DNA from: a virus | Lineage: Duplodnaviria; Heunggongvirae; Uroviricota; Caudoviricetes | Virus record (IMG/VR): IMGVR_UViG_3300043425_000245 | Reading direction: 5' to 3' (one strand) | DNA: 64,000 nucleotides | In this document: piece by piece, positions 35,690-45,220 of the stretch | How positions within the stretch are numbered: the stretch's first letter is position 1 | How the letters are laid out: each line of letters starts with the position of its first letter | The notes under the pieces: generated by a model | What the model was told of the DNA's origin: nothing | The model's input: the letters and a program-made list of their open reading frames with translations, nothing else | Databases searched by the model: none | Made by a program: the position numbers and the translations under genes

Positions 35690-35695
35690 AAAACC

Positions 35696-36178
35696 ATGAC
35701 AAGCAAACAATTCATCCCTTCGTTCTTTAGTCAAGACGCTTTCAAGGACTTTGATAAGTTCTTCGTAGGATTCGACGACCAATTGGTAAAGATGCAGAAA
35801 CTGCACGACGACATTACCAAGAACATCCCCAACTATCCTCCATACAACATCAAGAAGATTGATGAGACTCATTACGTCATTGAGATGGCTGTCGCTGGCT
35901 TTGGTCAGACTGACTTAGACATCGAGATTGATGGTGGTAAGTTGATCGTCAAGGGAAATGTTAATACAACTGAACCAGAAGAAAACTTCTTATTCAAGGG
36001 TATTGCTGCTCGTGCGTTCACTCGTACTTTCGCACTTAACGACCAAGTGGAAGTTAAGGATGCTGAAATCTTCAATGGTATGCTTAAGATCGCTCTTGAG
36101 CGTCTTATCCCAGAAGAAAAGAAAGCTAAGAAAGTCGCAGTCAAAGAACGTGGCGGAAAGCAATTCTTGAACGACTAA
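35696..36178 (+). CDS. Small heat-shock protein (IbpA/Hsp20, alpha-crystallin family)
   Basis: PPYNIKKIDETHYVIEMAVAGFGQTDLDIEIDGGKLIVKG...LERLIPEEKKAKKVAV aligns with IbpA [39 protein letters not shown]...LERVIPEAKKPRRIEI. Confidence 0.9.
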   Translation: MTSKQFIPSFFSQDAFKDFDKFFVGFDDQLVKMQKLHDDITKNIPNYPPYNIKKIDETHYVIEMAVAGFGQTDLDIEIDGGKLIVKGNVNTTEPEENFLFKGIAARAFTRTFALNDQVEVKDAEIFNGMLKIALERLIPEEKKAKKVAVKERGGKQFLND

Positions 36179-36183
36179 GAGGT

Positions 36184-36209
36184 AGGGGAGGAAACTCCCC
36201 TTTCGTTTT
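36184..36209 (+). terminator. Intrinsic terminator after hsp20
   Basis: AGGGGAG-GAAA-CTCCCCT followed by TTCGTTTT. Confidence 0.7.
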
Positions 36210-36773
36210 ATGTTAGTAAGAAAATTAACTGTACTAGATGCACAACGTATTATTCATAATCTAACTTCACTCCAAGGTGAAGATCGTAGACTACGATTTG
36301 GTATGATGTGCAATGATGATTACATAAGAGATTATGTTACAAAGTCTTTTGAACAAGACTCTAAGTGGTTTGGCGTTGATCATATTGATGGGCATTTGGT
36401 AGCTACTTGCCACGCTGCCATCGTAAACAATGAAGCTGAACTAGGTTGTTGCGTTGATGAAGACTTCCGTGGTGAAGGTTTGGCTCAACAGATGTTCGAT
36501 AGAGCTGTAACATGGTTGCGCACAAAAGGTATCACCAACGTGTTCATGCATTGCCTAACTGAAAACGCAGCTATGCGTCACATCGCTCGAAAGAATGAGA
36601 TGACCGTGGTTAGTGGTTATGGTGATACAGATGCTAACGTTCAGGTTGAACCCGCAACGCCAGCGACTATCTTAAAAGATGCGTACATGGATAGAATCGC
36701 CATGTACGATATGTATTATAAGAACAACTATCGTTTGTTCGACTTTTACTGGAATCGACAATCTCATACCTAA
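36210..36773 (+). CDS. GNAT-family N-acetyltransferase
   Basis: Motif A VDEDFRGEGLAQQMFDRAV (R-x-x-G-x-G/A). Confidence 0.6.
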   Translation: MLVRKLTVLDAQRIIHNLTSLQGEDRRLRFGMMCNDDYIRDYVTKSFEQDSKWFGVDHIDGHLVATCHAAIVNNEAELGCCVDEDFRGEGLAQQMFDRAVTWLRTKGITNVFMHCLTENAAMRHIARKNEMTVVSGYGDTDANVQVEPATPATILKDAYMDRIAMYDMYYKNNYRLFDFYWNRQSHT

Positions 36774-36781
36774 ATAAAGGT

Positions 36782-36988
36782 ATGATGAAAGCAAGAGTAT
36801 CCCCAAATCTATTATCCTTCATTACGGTTCGACGTGGTGATTGGGTATTGAAATTATCCGTGTTTAAAACAAAACATGTTTTGTTAATTGCTCAGAATTA
36901 TTATGCCACTGAACAAATTATAATCAAACATTTTAAACATCATGATGAAGCCGCAGATTTTATTGAAACATTAATTATTGAGGAATAA
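36782..36988 (+). CDS. Hypothetical protein
   Basis: ORF only. Confidence 0.3.
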   Translation: MMKARVSPNLLSFITVRRGDWVLKLSVFKTKHVLLIAQNYYATEQIIIKHFKHHDEAADFIETLIIEE

Positions 36989-36989
36989 T

Positions 36990-37295
36990 ATGAGCAACGT
37001 AAAAGTATTTAAATTGATTAACGGTGAAGAAATAATTTCCGAGATTCATGATCATAATGTAAACCATTTTGAATTAAAGAATCCCGCGAATATTATGTTA
37101 CAACCAACTCAGAATGGTCAAATGGGTGTAGGTATTGCTCCATATATGCCATATGCAGACGGTAATGTAAAACTTTACAAGAGTTCTATTGCTTCTGAAG
37201 CAACCCCTGAACAGAACATGATTAACGAGTATAATCGGATCTTTGGGGCTGGAATCGAGATTGCCCCAGCCAGTGTCCTAGCTGGACTCCGATAA
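36990..37295 (+). CDS. Hypothetical protein
   Basis: ORF with TAATATG-type coupling to the upstream ORF. Confidence 0.35.
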   Translation: MSNVKVFKLINGEEIISEIHDHNVNHFELKNPANIMLQPTQNGQMGVGIAPYMPYADGNVKLYKSSIASEATPEQNMINEYNRIFGAGIEIAPASVLAGLR

Positions 37296-37312
37296 GCCCT
37301 ATAAAGCCCTCT

Positions 37313-37338
37313 AAACCACCCTCTCGGGTGGTTTTTTT
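37313..37338 (+). terminator. Intrinsic terminator
   Basis: AAACCACCC-TCTC-GGGTGGTTT followed by TTTTT. Confidence 0.75.
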
Positions 37339-37352
37339 ACATCAAAAATCGC

Positions 37353-37381
37353 TTTACTTTAATTCAGAAATAGGGTATAAT
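37353..37381 (+). promoter_or_regulatory. Early sigma70-like promoter (AAATCGCTTTACT-N17-TATAAT)
   Basis: Same family as 30103. Precedes ATG 37388. Confidence 0.6.
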
Positions 37382-37387
37382 TATCTT

Positions 37388-37597
37388 ATGAAACTAGTAA
37401 AAGAAACCACTGTTTGGAAAGACGTACCACGTCAACCCAACCACACCTATCTTATGAACGATTCCATGTCCAAGATCTATGCATACTTTAAGTGGCATAA
37501 TCCTAAAGACTTCGTCATGCTAAAGACGCCTCTTAGTATTGACCGACGCTATCGTACTTTCAAAGTGATCCAATCTGGAATTAAGGATAAAAAATGA
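37388..37597 (+). CDS. Hypothetical protein
   Basis: ATG 37388 just downstream of the promoter. ATGA overlap with the ligase gene. Confidence 0.4.
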   Translation: MKLVKETTVWKDVPRQPNHTYLMNDSMSKIYAYFKWHNPKDFVMLKTPLSIDRRYRTFKVIQSGIKDKK

Positions 37598-38883
37598 ATT
37601 TGAATGCTTTCTTTGAACAACTCGCTGCTAACTCTTCGCGCAATTATAAGATTGAGCAACTTGAAGCGAATCGCAATGATAAGGTTCTTCGTGAAGTTGT
37701 TCGTCTAGCCCTTGACCCCTTCACCCAGTTTTACATTCGTAAGATTCCGAAGTATGGACGAAACGCAGATACTGCTAACATTCCTTGGGCTCTTGATAAA
37801 CTGTATGACTTGTCTCAACGTTTCGTTACAGGTAATGCAGCCATCGCGCACCTGACTAACATTCTTGAGTCACTTGAACCAGAAGACGCTAAAGTTATTG
37901 AACGAATCATTCAGAAGGATCTAAAATGTGGAGTATCAACGTCAACCGCAAACGCAGTGTGGACTGGCTTGCTGAAAGAATATCCAGTAATGTTGTGCAG
38001 CCAGTTCGAGCAAAAGCTGGTGGACAAAGTAAAGTTCCCCGCACTGGTACAACTCAAGATGGACGGCATGCGCTTCAACGCAATCGTTCGCGATGGTAAG
38101 GTAGAATATCGGAGCCGAAATGGAAAAGAAATCCAACTGTTGGGAAATCTCGACGCTGACTTTATCGCTCTTGCTGGCGACGTTGACTGCGTGTTTGATG
38201 GCGAGTTGCTTGTCACTAGTGATACTGGGATCTTGGATCGCCAGACAGGTAACGGTATTCTGAACAAAGCTAACAAGGGTACAATCTCTGCTGGTGAAGC
38301 CTCGCTTGTTCGAGCAACTGTGTGGGACGTTATTCCTTTCTTGTACTTTCAAGATGGTGAATGCACCACTCCATACGGCACTCGCTTTAATTCTTTGAAT
38401 ACCCTGATCAATAAGATTGAACCCGAGAAGGTTTCTACTGTTAAAAGCTGGGAAGTTGAAGACTACGAAACTGCCAAAGCCTTGTTCGAAGAAATGCTTC
38501 AGCGTGGCGAAGAAGGTATCATCCTGAAAGATAAAGCAGGTATCTGGGAAAACAAACGTTCTAAGACTCAGATTAAATTCAAGGGTGAACTTGAATGTGA
38601 CCTGAAGATTGTTGGCATCGAAGAAGGCACTGGCAAGTATGCTGGTATGCTCGGTGCCATTCAATGCGAATCTTCTGATGGCGTTATTAAGGTTTCCGTT
38701 GGTTCAGGTTTTACTGACGCTCAACGCAAGTCCCTTGGTAAAGAAATCATCGGTAAGGTAGCAGCGGTCAAGTACAACATGCGTATCAGTAACCGAGCAG
38801 GTGAAGAGTCGTTGTTCTTGCCTATCGTTTTGGAAATTCGTTTTGATAAGGATGAAGCAGATGCCAGCACTCAAATTAAATGA
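37594..38883 (+). CDS. ATP-dependent DNA ligase (T4 gp30-like)
   Basis: MNLNAFFEQLAANSSRNYKIEQLEANRNDKVLREVVRLALDPFTQFYIRKIPKY matches T4 ligase MILKILNEIASIGSTKQKQAILEKNKDNELLKRVYRLTYSRGLQYYIKKWPKP. Motif I VQLKMDGMRFN (KxDG). Confidence 0.9.
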   Translation: MNLNAFFEQLAANSSRNYKIEQLEANRNDKVLREVVRLALDPFTQFYIRKIPKYGRNADTANIPWALDKLYDLSQRFVTGNAAIAHLTNILESLEPEDAKVIERIIQKDLKCGVSTSTANAVWTGLLKEYPVMLCSQFEQKLVDKVKFPALVQLKMDGMRFNAIVRDGKVEYRSRNGKEIQLLGNLDADFIALAGDVDCVFDGELLVTSDTGILDRQTGNGILNKANKGTISAGEASLVRATVWDVIPFLYFQDGECTTPYGTRFNSLNTLINKIEPEKVSTVKSWEVEDYETAKALFEEMLQRGEEGIILKDKAGIWENKRSKTQIKFKGELECDLKIVGIEEGTGKYAGMLGAIQCESSDGVIKVSVGSGFTDAQRKSLGKEIIGKVAAVKYNMRISNRAGEESLFLPIVLEIRFDKDEADASTQIK

Positions 38884-39055
38884 ACGTCGTAAATTCGATA
38901 TGAATAACAAGGAAGATGTAGAGATCTATAAACATTTCCTTGTTCATAATGATTGGAAGATTGTGGGCAGCTGTCCCTTTGAATTGGAATATCCATATAC
39001 AAGTGTTCCAGATATGATTAAAGATAAACTGATTAGAAAGTTTTTGAAGGTGTAA
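38861..39055 (+). CDS. Hypothetical small protein
   Basis: AAGGA RBS before ATG 38861. Overlaps the ligase 3' end. Confidence 0.3.
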   Translation: MPALKLNERRKFDMNNKEDVEIYKHFLVHNDWKIVGSCPFELEYPYTSVPDMIKDKLIRKFLKV

Positions 39056-39056
39056 A

Positions 39057-39527
39057 ATGAATAAGATGTACGTGTTGGTTGGTGTTCCTGGTTCTGGTAA
39101 GTCCACTTGGGTGGCTAATCAGAAGTGGGCAAAAGATATGCCTATTGTATCCACTGACCGATTCGTGGATGCTTATGCAGAACAAGAAGGTAAAACATAC
39201 TCAGAAGTCTTTCAAGAGTATATGCCTATTGCCGTGAAGTTGATGGCTAACCAAGTCTTGATTTGTCAAGCAAACAAAAAAGATTTGATTTGGGATCAAA
39301 CTTCAACTACAATAGAAACACGTGCTAAGAAATTGCGCATGTTGCCTGAGTATTACAAAATTGCAGTTGTGTTTAAGACACCGCCGACTGCAGAGTTACA
39401 GAAGCGTTTGGCTTCTCGCCCAGGAAAGAATGTTCCATGGGACGTTGTGTCTAAGATGGCTTCTCAATTGGAAGCTGAGCCACCTTCTTTAGAAGAAGGT
39501 TTTGATGAGATTTGGTATGCGGAGTAA
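39057..39527 (+). CDS. Polynucleotide 5'-kinase, kinase domain only (T4 Pnk N-domain-like)
   Basis: MYVLVGVPGSGKSTWVANQ matches T4 Pnk IILTIGCPGSGKSTWAREF. ELQKRLASRPGKNVPWDVVSKMASQLE matches [28 protein letters not shown]. No phosphatase domain. Confidence 0.7.
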   Translation: MNKMYVLVGVPGSGKSTWVANQKWAKDMPIVSTDRFVDAYAEQEGKTYSEVFQEYMPIAVKLMANQVLICQANKKDLIWDQTSTTIETRAKKLRMLPEYYKIAVVFKTPPTAELQKRLASRPGKNVPWDVVSKMASQLEAEPPSLEEGFDEIWYAE

Positions 39528-39529
39528 GT

Positions 39530-40066
39530 ATGAACGAAGCTGAAAAGTATGATGCTTTCATTAAGCGTCTAGAAGAAATTTATCCACGAGCAATGCGCAA
39601 TGTATATTGTGGCGTATCTATCAATGAAGGTTGGTATCATATCACCACATTGCTCCTGAATCAAATGTACAACCACGTTGCTGCAAAACGTCGCCGTCGA
39701 GCGCATGATCTTATGTTGAATCGTGCCATCAAGAAAGGTTATGATGCCACGCTAAAGATTATCGCTGGTGATAAAGAGCCAAGCCAATATATGATTGAAC
39801 GTGCTCAAGAGTATGTGGAAAATGGTCCATATGAACCTGAGCCATATGTTCATCATATTGAGGTTCATCAGATCAAAGAGAAGTTCGGTGGACTCCGTTT
39901 CTACTTTGAAGGTGGTGATGAATACTGTCGTGGTCTAGAAACAATGGCTGAGATTTGGGCTGGACGTACATGTGAAGTTTGTGGTGAAACTGGTCGCCAA
40001 CGTTCTGGTGGTTGGGTTCGTACCTTGTGTGATAAGCACGAAGAAGAATATCAAAAGAGAAAATAA
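39530..40066 (+). CDS. Hypothetical protein with C-terminal CxxC zinc-ribbon-like motif
   Basis: GGAG RBS before ATG 39530. C-terminal CEVCGETG...C. Confidence 0.4.
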   Translation: MNEAEKYDAFIKRLEEIYPRAMRNVYCGVSINEGWYHITTLLLNQMYNHVAAKRRRRAHDLMLNRAIKKGYDATLKIIAGDKEPSQYMIERAQEYVENGPYEPEPYVHHIEVHQIKEKFGGLRFYFEGGDEYCRGLETMAEIWAGRTCEVCGETGRQRSGGWVRTLCDKHEEEYQKRK

Positions 40067-40401
40067 TGCGTGAATATAATCCTGACCGTTGGGTCATGCT
40101 GAAGTTTAACCACAACGGTGAAGTGATTTATAAGATCCTCGGTTCGTGGTATGGTGGTTATGCCCGTGGTGACAGTTGGAAGCTGAACAGCGGTGTAACC
40201 AAGATTGAAGAAGACGGACAGACTTTTCTGTTCCATGGTTCAAGTGGTAGCGTGTATCGTTGCCATAAGAACGGGTATGGTATGAGTGGTTACACCTCTG
40301 GTGTTTATGCTAGTTTCCAGAAGGAAGTCAGCGAAGCTGAGGGTGTGACGCTTGAGTTGCTGCCTGAAGAAACTAATTTTATGGAGATTCATTATGAGTA
40401 A
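40066..40401 (+). CDS. Hypothetical protein
   Basis: ORF with start-stop coupling. Confidence 0.35.
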   Translation: MREYNPDRWVMLKFNHNGEVIYKILGSWYGGYARGDSWKLNSGVTKIEEDGQTFLFHGSSGSVYRCHKNGYGMSGYTSGVYASFQKEVSEAEGVTLELLPEETNFMEIHYE

Positions 40402-40837
40402 GTGGACATTAGAAGTTCAAGAGTCGCCTACTGGCGATCAGTTTATTGAGTTCCCGCCAGAGGCTTTGGAACAAGTCGGTTGGAAAGAAGGCGACGAGAT
40501 CGAGTGGACAGACAACGGCGACGGTTCTTGGACTTTGACCAAGAAAGAAGAAGAAAAGGTTTGGGTGATGGTTGAAGCACTACAGACTTTCCGTATGCGT
40601 TATATGGTTCAAGTCCCTGCCTCTAGTCCAGAGTGGGCTCTTGATACTGTGACCTGCAACGAAGCTAAAGAGTTTTCTCAACTTGCTCTACCTGAAGTTA
40701 TTTCTTCTCATAGAGTTATGACTGAAGAAGAAGCATTGGCTATGTGTGATGTTGATAATGACTACACTAAGTCTTGGACTAAAGAACAAAAGATTAAAGC
40801 CTTCTTCACGAAGGATGGTGAAGAGGTAGAACGATAA
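40394..40837 (+). CDS. Hypothetical acidic protein
   Basis: ATG 40394 overlapping the upstream stop. Confidence 0.35.
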   Translation: MSKWTLEVQESPTGDQFIEFPPEALEQVGWKEGDEIEWTDNGDGSWTLTKKEEEKVWVMVEALQTFRMRYMVQVPASSPEWALDTVTCNEAKEFSQLALPEVISSHRVMTEEEALAMCDVDNDYTKSWTKEQKIKAFFTKDGEEVER

Positions 40838-41397
40838 TGTTTATGTTTGACGTTGAAACCCTTGGAGTTGATTCCAACTCTGTGGTGCTATCCGCTGGTC
40901 TCATCTACTTTGAAGGTGGTGAGACTTATCAAGAACTGTTAGACAAAGCATGTTTTGTAAAGTTCAAAGCTAAAGAACAGGTAGCTGCAAAACGTTCAGT
41001 TGACCTCAGTACTCTTGAATGGTGGAAGAACCAACATGAGTATGTTCGAGGCTGCGCTCTTGAACCTTCTTCCGATGACCTTACAGTTGAGCAGGGTTTC
41101 ACTGTCTTGCATAACTATATGAACAAGGTTCCAAATGCCCAAAAGAAAACAATGTGGGCTCGTGGTTCTCTGGATCAAATTGTAATTGATCACTTGGCAA
41201 AGAAATTTGACTGCCAACCAATTACAGGGTATAATATGTGGAGAGATGTAAGAACAGCTGTTGATATTTTATACGGTACAACTAACGGATATGTTGAGGT
41301 TAATCAACCTGACTTCCAACGTGCCGCTGTAATCAAACACCACCCTGTTCATGATTGCGCTCTCGATATTATGCAATTAATGTATGGAAAAGGTTAA
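40837..41397 (+). CDS. dexA: Exonuclease A (DexA-like, DEDD 3'-5' exonuclease)
   Basis: MFMFDVETLG matches T4 DexA MFDFIIDFETMG. WWKNQ conserved. C-terminal HPVHDCALDIMQLM matches HDSIHDCAKDIVMQM. Confidence 0.75.
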   Translation: MFMFDVETLGVDSNSVVLSAGLIYFEGGETYQELLDKACFVKFKAKEQVAAKRSVDLSTLEWWKNQHEYVRGCALEPSSDDLTVEQGFTVLHNYMNKVPNAQKKTMWARGSLDQIVIDHLAKKFDCQPITGYNMWRDVRTAVDILYGTTNGYVEVNQPDFQRAAVIKHHPVHDCALDIMQLMYGKG

Positions 41398-43883
41398 TGG
41401 AATTTTATACAAACGTACAAGTCGCTGGTGATAAGGTTTTAGTTCGTGGTTACGAAAACGGACGACCTTACCAGCGACGCATTGATTTTATGCCAACCCT
41501 TTTTGTTAATGCAAAGGGTAAATCTAAATGGCAAACTCTGGATGGCACTTATGTTGATGAAGTGCAACCAGGGAGCATTCGTGAGTCTCGCGACTTCATG
41601 AAGCGTTACGATGGGGTGCAAGGCTTCAACGTTTATGGTCAGACTAACTACGGTCTGCAATACATCAGTGATACATACGACTATGATATCAACTGGGATA
41701 TGGAACAACTCAAAGTCTTTACGATTGACATCGAAACCAAGACTGAAGAAGGCTTCCCAAATATTGTCACAGCTAACGAAGAAATCCTTTTGATCACGGT
41801 CAAAGACCTGACATCAAAGCGCATCATCACTTTCGGTGTTGGTGCTTTCGTTCATAATCGCGACGATGTAGTTTATATCAACTGCGCTTCAGAGCAACAC
41901 TTGCTCAAAGAGTTTATCATCTGGTGGCAACAAAACTACCCTGACATTATTACTGGTTGGAACACCGACTTCTTCGACACACCTTATTTGATTCGTCGAA
42001 TGATTCGTGAACTTGGCGAAGCACTCGCCAAGAAGATCTCTCCATGGGGTATGATTACTGAACGCAAAACGTTCATCAAAGGCAATGAAGAAATCCACTA
42101 TGATGTTTCTGGTATTAGTCAGCTTGACTATCTCGAGTTGTACAAAAAGTATACTTACTCCAAGCAAGAATCCTACCGATTGGATTACATTGCAGAGCAG
42201 GAACTAGGCGACAAGAAGAAAGAGAATCCTGGTGATACTTTCCGTGACTTCTATACAAACCACTGGCAACAGTTCGTTGAGTATAACATTCATGACGTAG
42301 AACTGGTTGACCGTCTTGAAGATAAGATGCGTCTAATCGAACTTCACTTGACCATGGCTTACCAAGCCAAAATTAACTACGAAGACGTCTACTCGCAAGT
42401 TCGTATGTGGGATGCTATCATCTACAATCACCTTCGTAAGAAGAACATTGTTATCCCAATGAAAGAACACAGCGGTAAGTCTGAACAGTTTGAAGGTGCT
42501 TTCGTTAAAGACGTACAGGTTGGTTTACATAAGTGGGTTGTTTCTTTTGACTTGAACTCATTGTATCCTCACTTGATCATGCAGTACAATATCTCCCCTG
42601 AGACTTTGACTCATGAAAAGATCTCTGTTACTGTTGACAAACTACTCAATCAAGAGATTGACACATCACACGCACACAAACGTGATTTGACCGTAACTGC
42701 AAATGGTTGGTGCTATCGTAAAGACATCAAAGGGTTTATGCCTGAGTTGATGGAACAGATGTATGCTAACCGTTCAAAGTTCAAAAAGCAGATGCTTGGT
42801 GTTCAACAAAAGTATGAACACGACAAAGGTAATAACGACCTGCGCAAAGAAATCAGCCGACTGAATAACCTTCAGATGGCTATGAAGATTGCTTTGAACT
42901 CTGCTTACGGTGCTATGGGTAACCAGTACTTCCGCTATTTCGATATTCGTATGGCTGAGGGTATTACAACTTCTGGACAGTTGTCCATTCAATGGATGGC
43001 CAACGAGTTCAACCGATACCTGAACAAGATCCTAAAGACCGAAGGTAAAGACTTTGTTATCGCTATTGATACTGACTCAATCTATCTGACATTGGAAGAA
43101 TTGGTTGAGCACTTTGCTGGTGATAAAGATACAAATGGTAAGATCAAGTACATGGACAAGATTTGCGAAGATATCTTCCAACCGTTCATTGATACAACTT
43201 ATCAGAAACTTGCCGAGTACATGAACGCATATTCTCAGAAGATGATTATGAAGCGTGAAGTTTTGGCTGACAAAGGTCTTTGGGTTGCAAAGAAGAACTA
43301 TGTGCTTAACGTGCATAACTCTGAAGGTGTTCAGTATGCAACTCCAAAGCAAAAGGTTCTTGGTTTAGCGATGGTTCGTTCTTCGACACCAGCCGTTATT
43401 CGTAAAGAACTGAAGAAGTCCATCAACGTTATTCTAGATGGCAGTGAAAAGGTTGTACAGAAGTATATCGCTGATTACAAGAACGAGTTCTTGACATACC
43501 CTGTTGAAGCTATCGCTTTCCCTCGTGGTGTGTCTGGTTTGAAGCAATATGCTGGTTCTCCGATCTATCAGAAGGGTACACCGATCGCCGTCCGTGCAGC
43601 TCTACTATATAATCACTACGTGAAGAAATTTGGCATCGACAAGAAATATCCATTGATTCGTGAGGGTGATAAGATTAAATTCGTTTATCTAAGAACACCA
43701 AACCCATTCCACGAAAACGTCATCGCCTTCCTGCAAGAACTCCCTAAAGAGTTCAATCTGGATTCTTTCATAGACTACGACACACAATTTGACAAGACAT
43801 TTGTAGAACCATTAAAGACAATTATTGAACCGTTGAACTGGCGTGCTGAGGAAACAGCATCCCTTGAAGACTTCTTCGGATAA
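41397..43883 (+). CDS. DNA polymerase gp43 (family B)
   Basis: MEFYTNVQV... matches MKEFYISIE. Exo I FTIDIETKTEEGFP. Pol motif SAYGAMGNQYFRYFD matches SLYGALGNIHFRYYD. Motif C IAIDTDSIY. C-terminus ETASLEDFFG matches EKASLDFLFG. Confidence 0.95.
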   Translation: MEFYTNVQVAGDKVLVRGYENGRPYQRRIDFMPTLFVNAKGKSKWQTLDGTYVDEVQPGSIRESRDFMKRYDGVQGFNVYGQTNYGLQYISDTYDYDINWDMEQLKVFTIDIETKTEEGFPNIVTANEEILLITVKDLTSKRIITFGVGAFVHNRDDVVYINCASEQHLLKEFIIWWQQNYPDIITGWNTDFFDTPYLIRRMIRELGEALAKKISPWGMITERKTFIKGNEEIHYDVSGISQLDYLELYKKYTYSKQESYRLDYIAEQELGDKKKENPGDTFRDFYTNHWQQFVEYNIHDVELVDRLEDKMRLIELHLTMAYQAKINYEDVYSQVRMWDAIIYNHLRKKNIVIPMKEHSGKSEQFEGAFVKDVQVGLHKWVVSFDLNSLYPHLIMQYNISPETLTHEKISVTVDKLLNQEIDTSHAHKRDLTVTANGWCYRKDIKGFMPELMEQMYANRSKFKKQMLGVQQKYEHDKGNNDLRKEISRLNNLQMAMKIALNSAYGAMGNQYFRYFDIRMAEGITTSGQLSIQWMANEFNRYLNKILKTEGKDFVIAIDTDSIYLTLEELVEHFAGDKDTNGKIKYMDKICEDIFQPFIDTTYQKLAEYMNAYSQKMIMKREVLADKGLWVAKKNYVLNVHNSEGVQYATPKQKVLGLAMVRSSTPAVIRKELKKSINVILDGSEKVVQKYIADYKNEFLTYPVEAIAFPRGVSGLKQYAGSPIYQKGTPIAVRAALLYNHYVKKFGIDKKYPLIREGDKIKFVYLRTPNPFHENVIAFLQELPKEFNLDSFIDYDTQFDKTFVEPLKTIIEPLNWRAEETASLEDFFG

Positions 43884-43899
43884 GACACAAAGGATAAAT

Positions 43900-44148
43900 A
43901 TGAAACTATTAAAATTCCACGCTACATGGTGCCAACCATGTAAAATGCTAAGCAAGGTCATGGAAGGTACTGACCTTGGCGTTGAAGTCGAGAACGTGGA
44001 CATCGACGAAAATATGGAACTCGCTAAGAAGTATTCGGTACGTGGAGTACCAATGCTTGCTCTAGTTGAGGACGATGGTACTGTTATTCGTACAAAGAGC
44101 GGTATGATGATGGAAGCCGAATTAATTAAATTCGTGAAAGGTGAATAA
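43900..44148 (+). CDS. Thioredoxin/glutaredoxin-like protein (WCQPC)
   Basis: MKLLKFHATWCQPCK active-site motif. About 83 aa. Confidence 0.7.
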   Translation: MKLLKFHATWCQPCKMLSKVMEGTDLGVEVENVDIDENMELAKKYSVRGVPMLALVEDDGTVIRTKSGMMMEAELIKFVKGE

Positions 44149-44149
44149 T

Positions 44150-45220
44150 ATGAGCTTGCTTGAAAAGATTAAAAAGAACTCCACTATCAAGGATACTTCT
44201 ATCCTTGCCAAATCTAAATTCTTCACTAAGAAGGATATGATCCCAACTTCAATCCCAGTAATCAACGTTGCGTTGTCTGGTCGATTCGACGGTGGCTTGA
44301 CCCCAGGACTTACAATGTGGGCTGGTCCATCTAAGCACTTTAAGACTGCTTTCAGCTTGTTAATGGCTAAAGCGTATCAGGACAAATATGATGATGCTGT
44401 TGTTCTTTTCTATGATTCTGAGTTTGGTACTCCTCAGTCCTACTTTGATTCTTTCGGTATTGATACTGAGCGAGTTATTCACACCCCTATCACCGACATC
44501 GAACAACTGAAGTTCGACTTGATGCAGCAAATGAATAACATCGAACGTGGTGAACACGTTATTGTTATCATCGACTCTATCGGTAACTTGGCTTCTAAGA
44601 AAGAAGTTGAAGATGCGTTAGACGGTAAGTCTGTTGCGGATATGTCCCGTGCCAAGCAGTTGAAGTCTTTGTTCCGTATGGTAACACCGCACTTGACTTT
44701 GAAAGACATTCCAATGGTAGTTGTTAACCACACCTACATGGAAATTGGTATGTTCCCGAAAGCTATCGTTGGTGGTGGTACTGGTTCATATTACTCTGCT
44801 GATAACATCTACATCTTAGGTCGTCAGCAAGAAAAAGAAGGTACTGAAGTCGTCGGCTACAACTTTATTATCAACGTTGAAAAATCTCGTCATGTTAAAG
44901 AAAAATCTAAAATCCCTGTGTCCGTATCTTTTGACGGTGGTATTAGCAAGTGGAGCGGTCTACTTGATCTTGCACTCGAATCAGGACATGTTATCAAGCC
45001 TAGCAATGGTTGGTATTCAAAGGTAAATGTTGAGACTGGTGAAGTCGAAGACAAGAAGTATCGAATCAAAGATACTGATACCAAAGAGTTCTGGATGCCA
45101 GTGTTACAAACAAAGTCATTCTATGACTTCGTTAAGGACAAGTATTCAATTGGTCAAATTGAAATGGTAAGTGATGAGTCTATCGACAAAGAACTTGCTG
45201 AATTGGACCACGAAGAATGA
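44150..45220 (+). CDS. uvsX: Recombinase UvsX (RecA-like)
   Basis: FFTKKDMIPTSIPVINVALSGRFDGGLTPGLTMWAGPSKHFKT matches T4 UvsX FFNEKDVVRTKIPMMNIALSGEITGGMQSGLLILAGPSKSFKS. Long colinear identity through ...VKEKSK...FDGGI. Confidence 0.95.
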   Translation: MSLLEKIKKNSTIKDTSILAKSKFFTKKDMIPTSIPVINVALSGRFDGGLTPGLTMWAGPSKHFKTAFSLLMAKAYQDKYDDAVVLFYDSEFGTPQSYFDSFGIDTERVIHTPITDIEQLKFDLMQQMNNIERGEHVIVIIDSIGNLASKKEVEDALDGKSVADMSRAKQLKSLFRMVTPHLTLKDIPMVVVNHTYMEIGMFPKAIVGGGTGSYYSADNIYILGRQQEKEGTEVVGYNFIINVEKSRHVKEKSKIPVSVSFDGGISKWSGLLDLALESGHVIKPSNGWYSKVNVETGEVEDKKYRIKDTDTKEFWMPVLQTKSFYDFVKDKYSIGQIEMVSDESIDKELAELDHEE

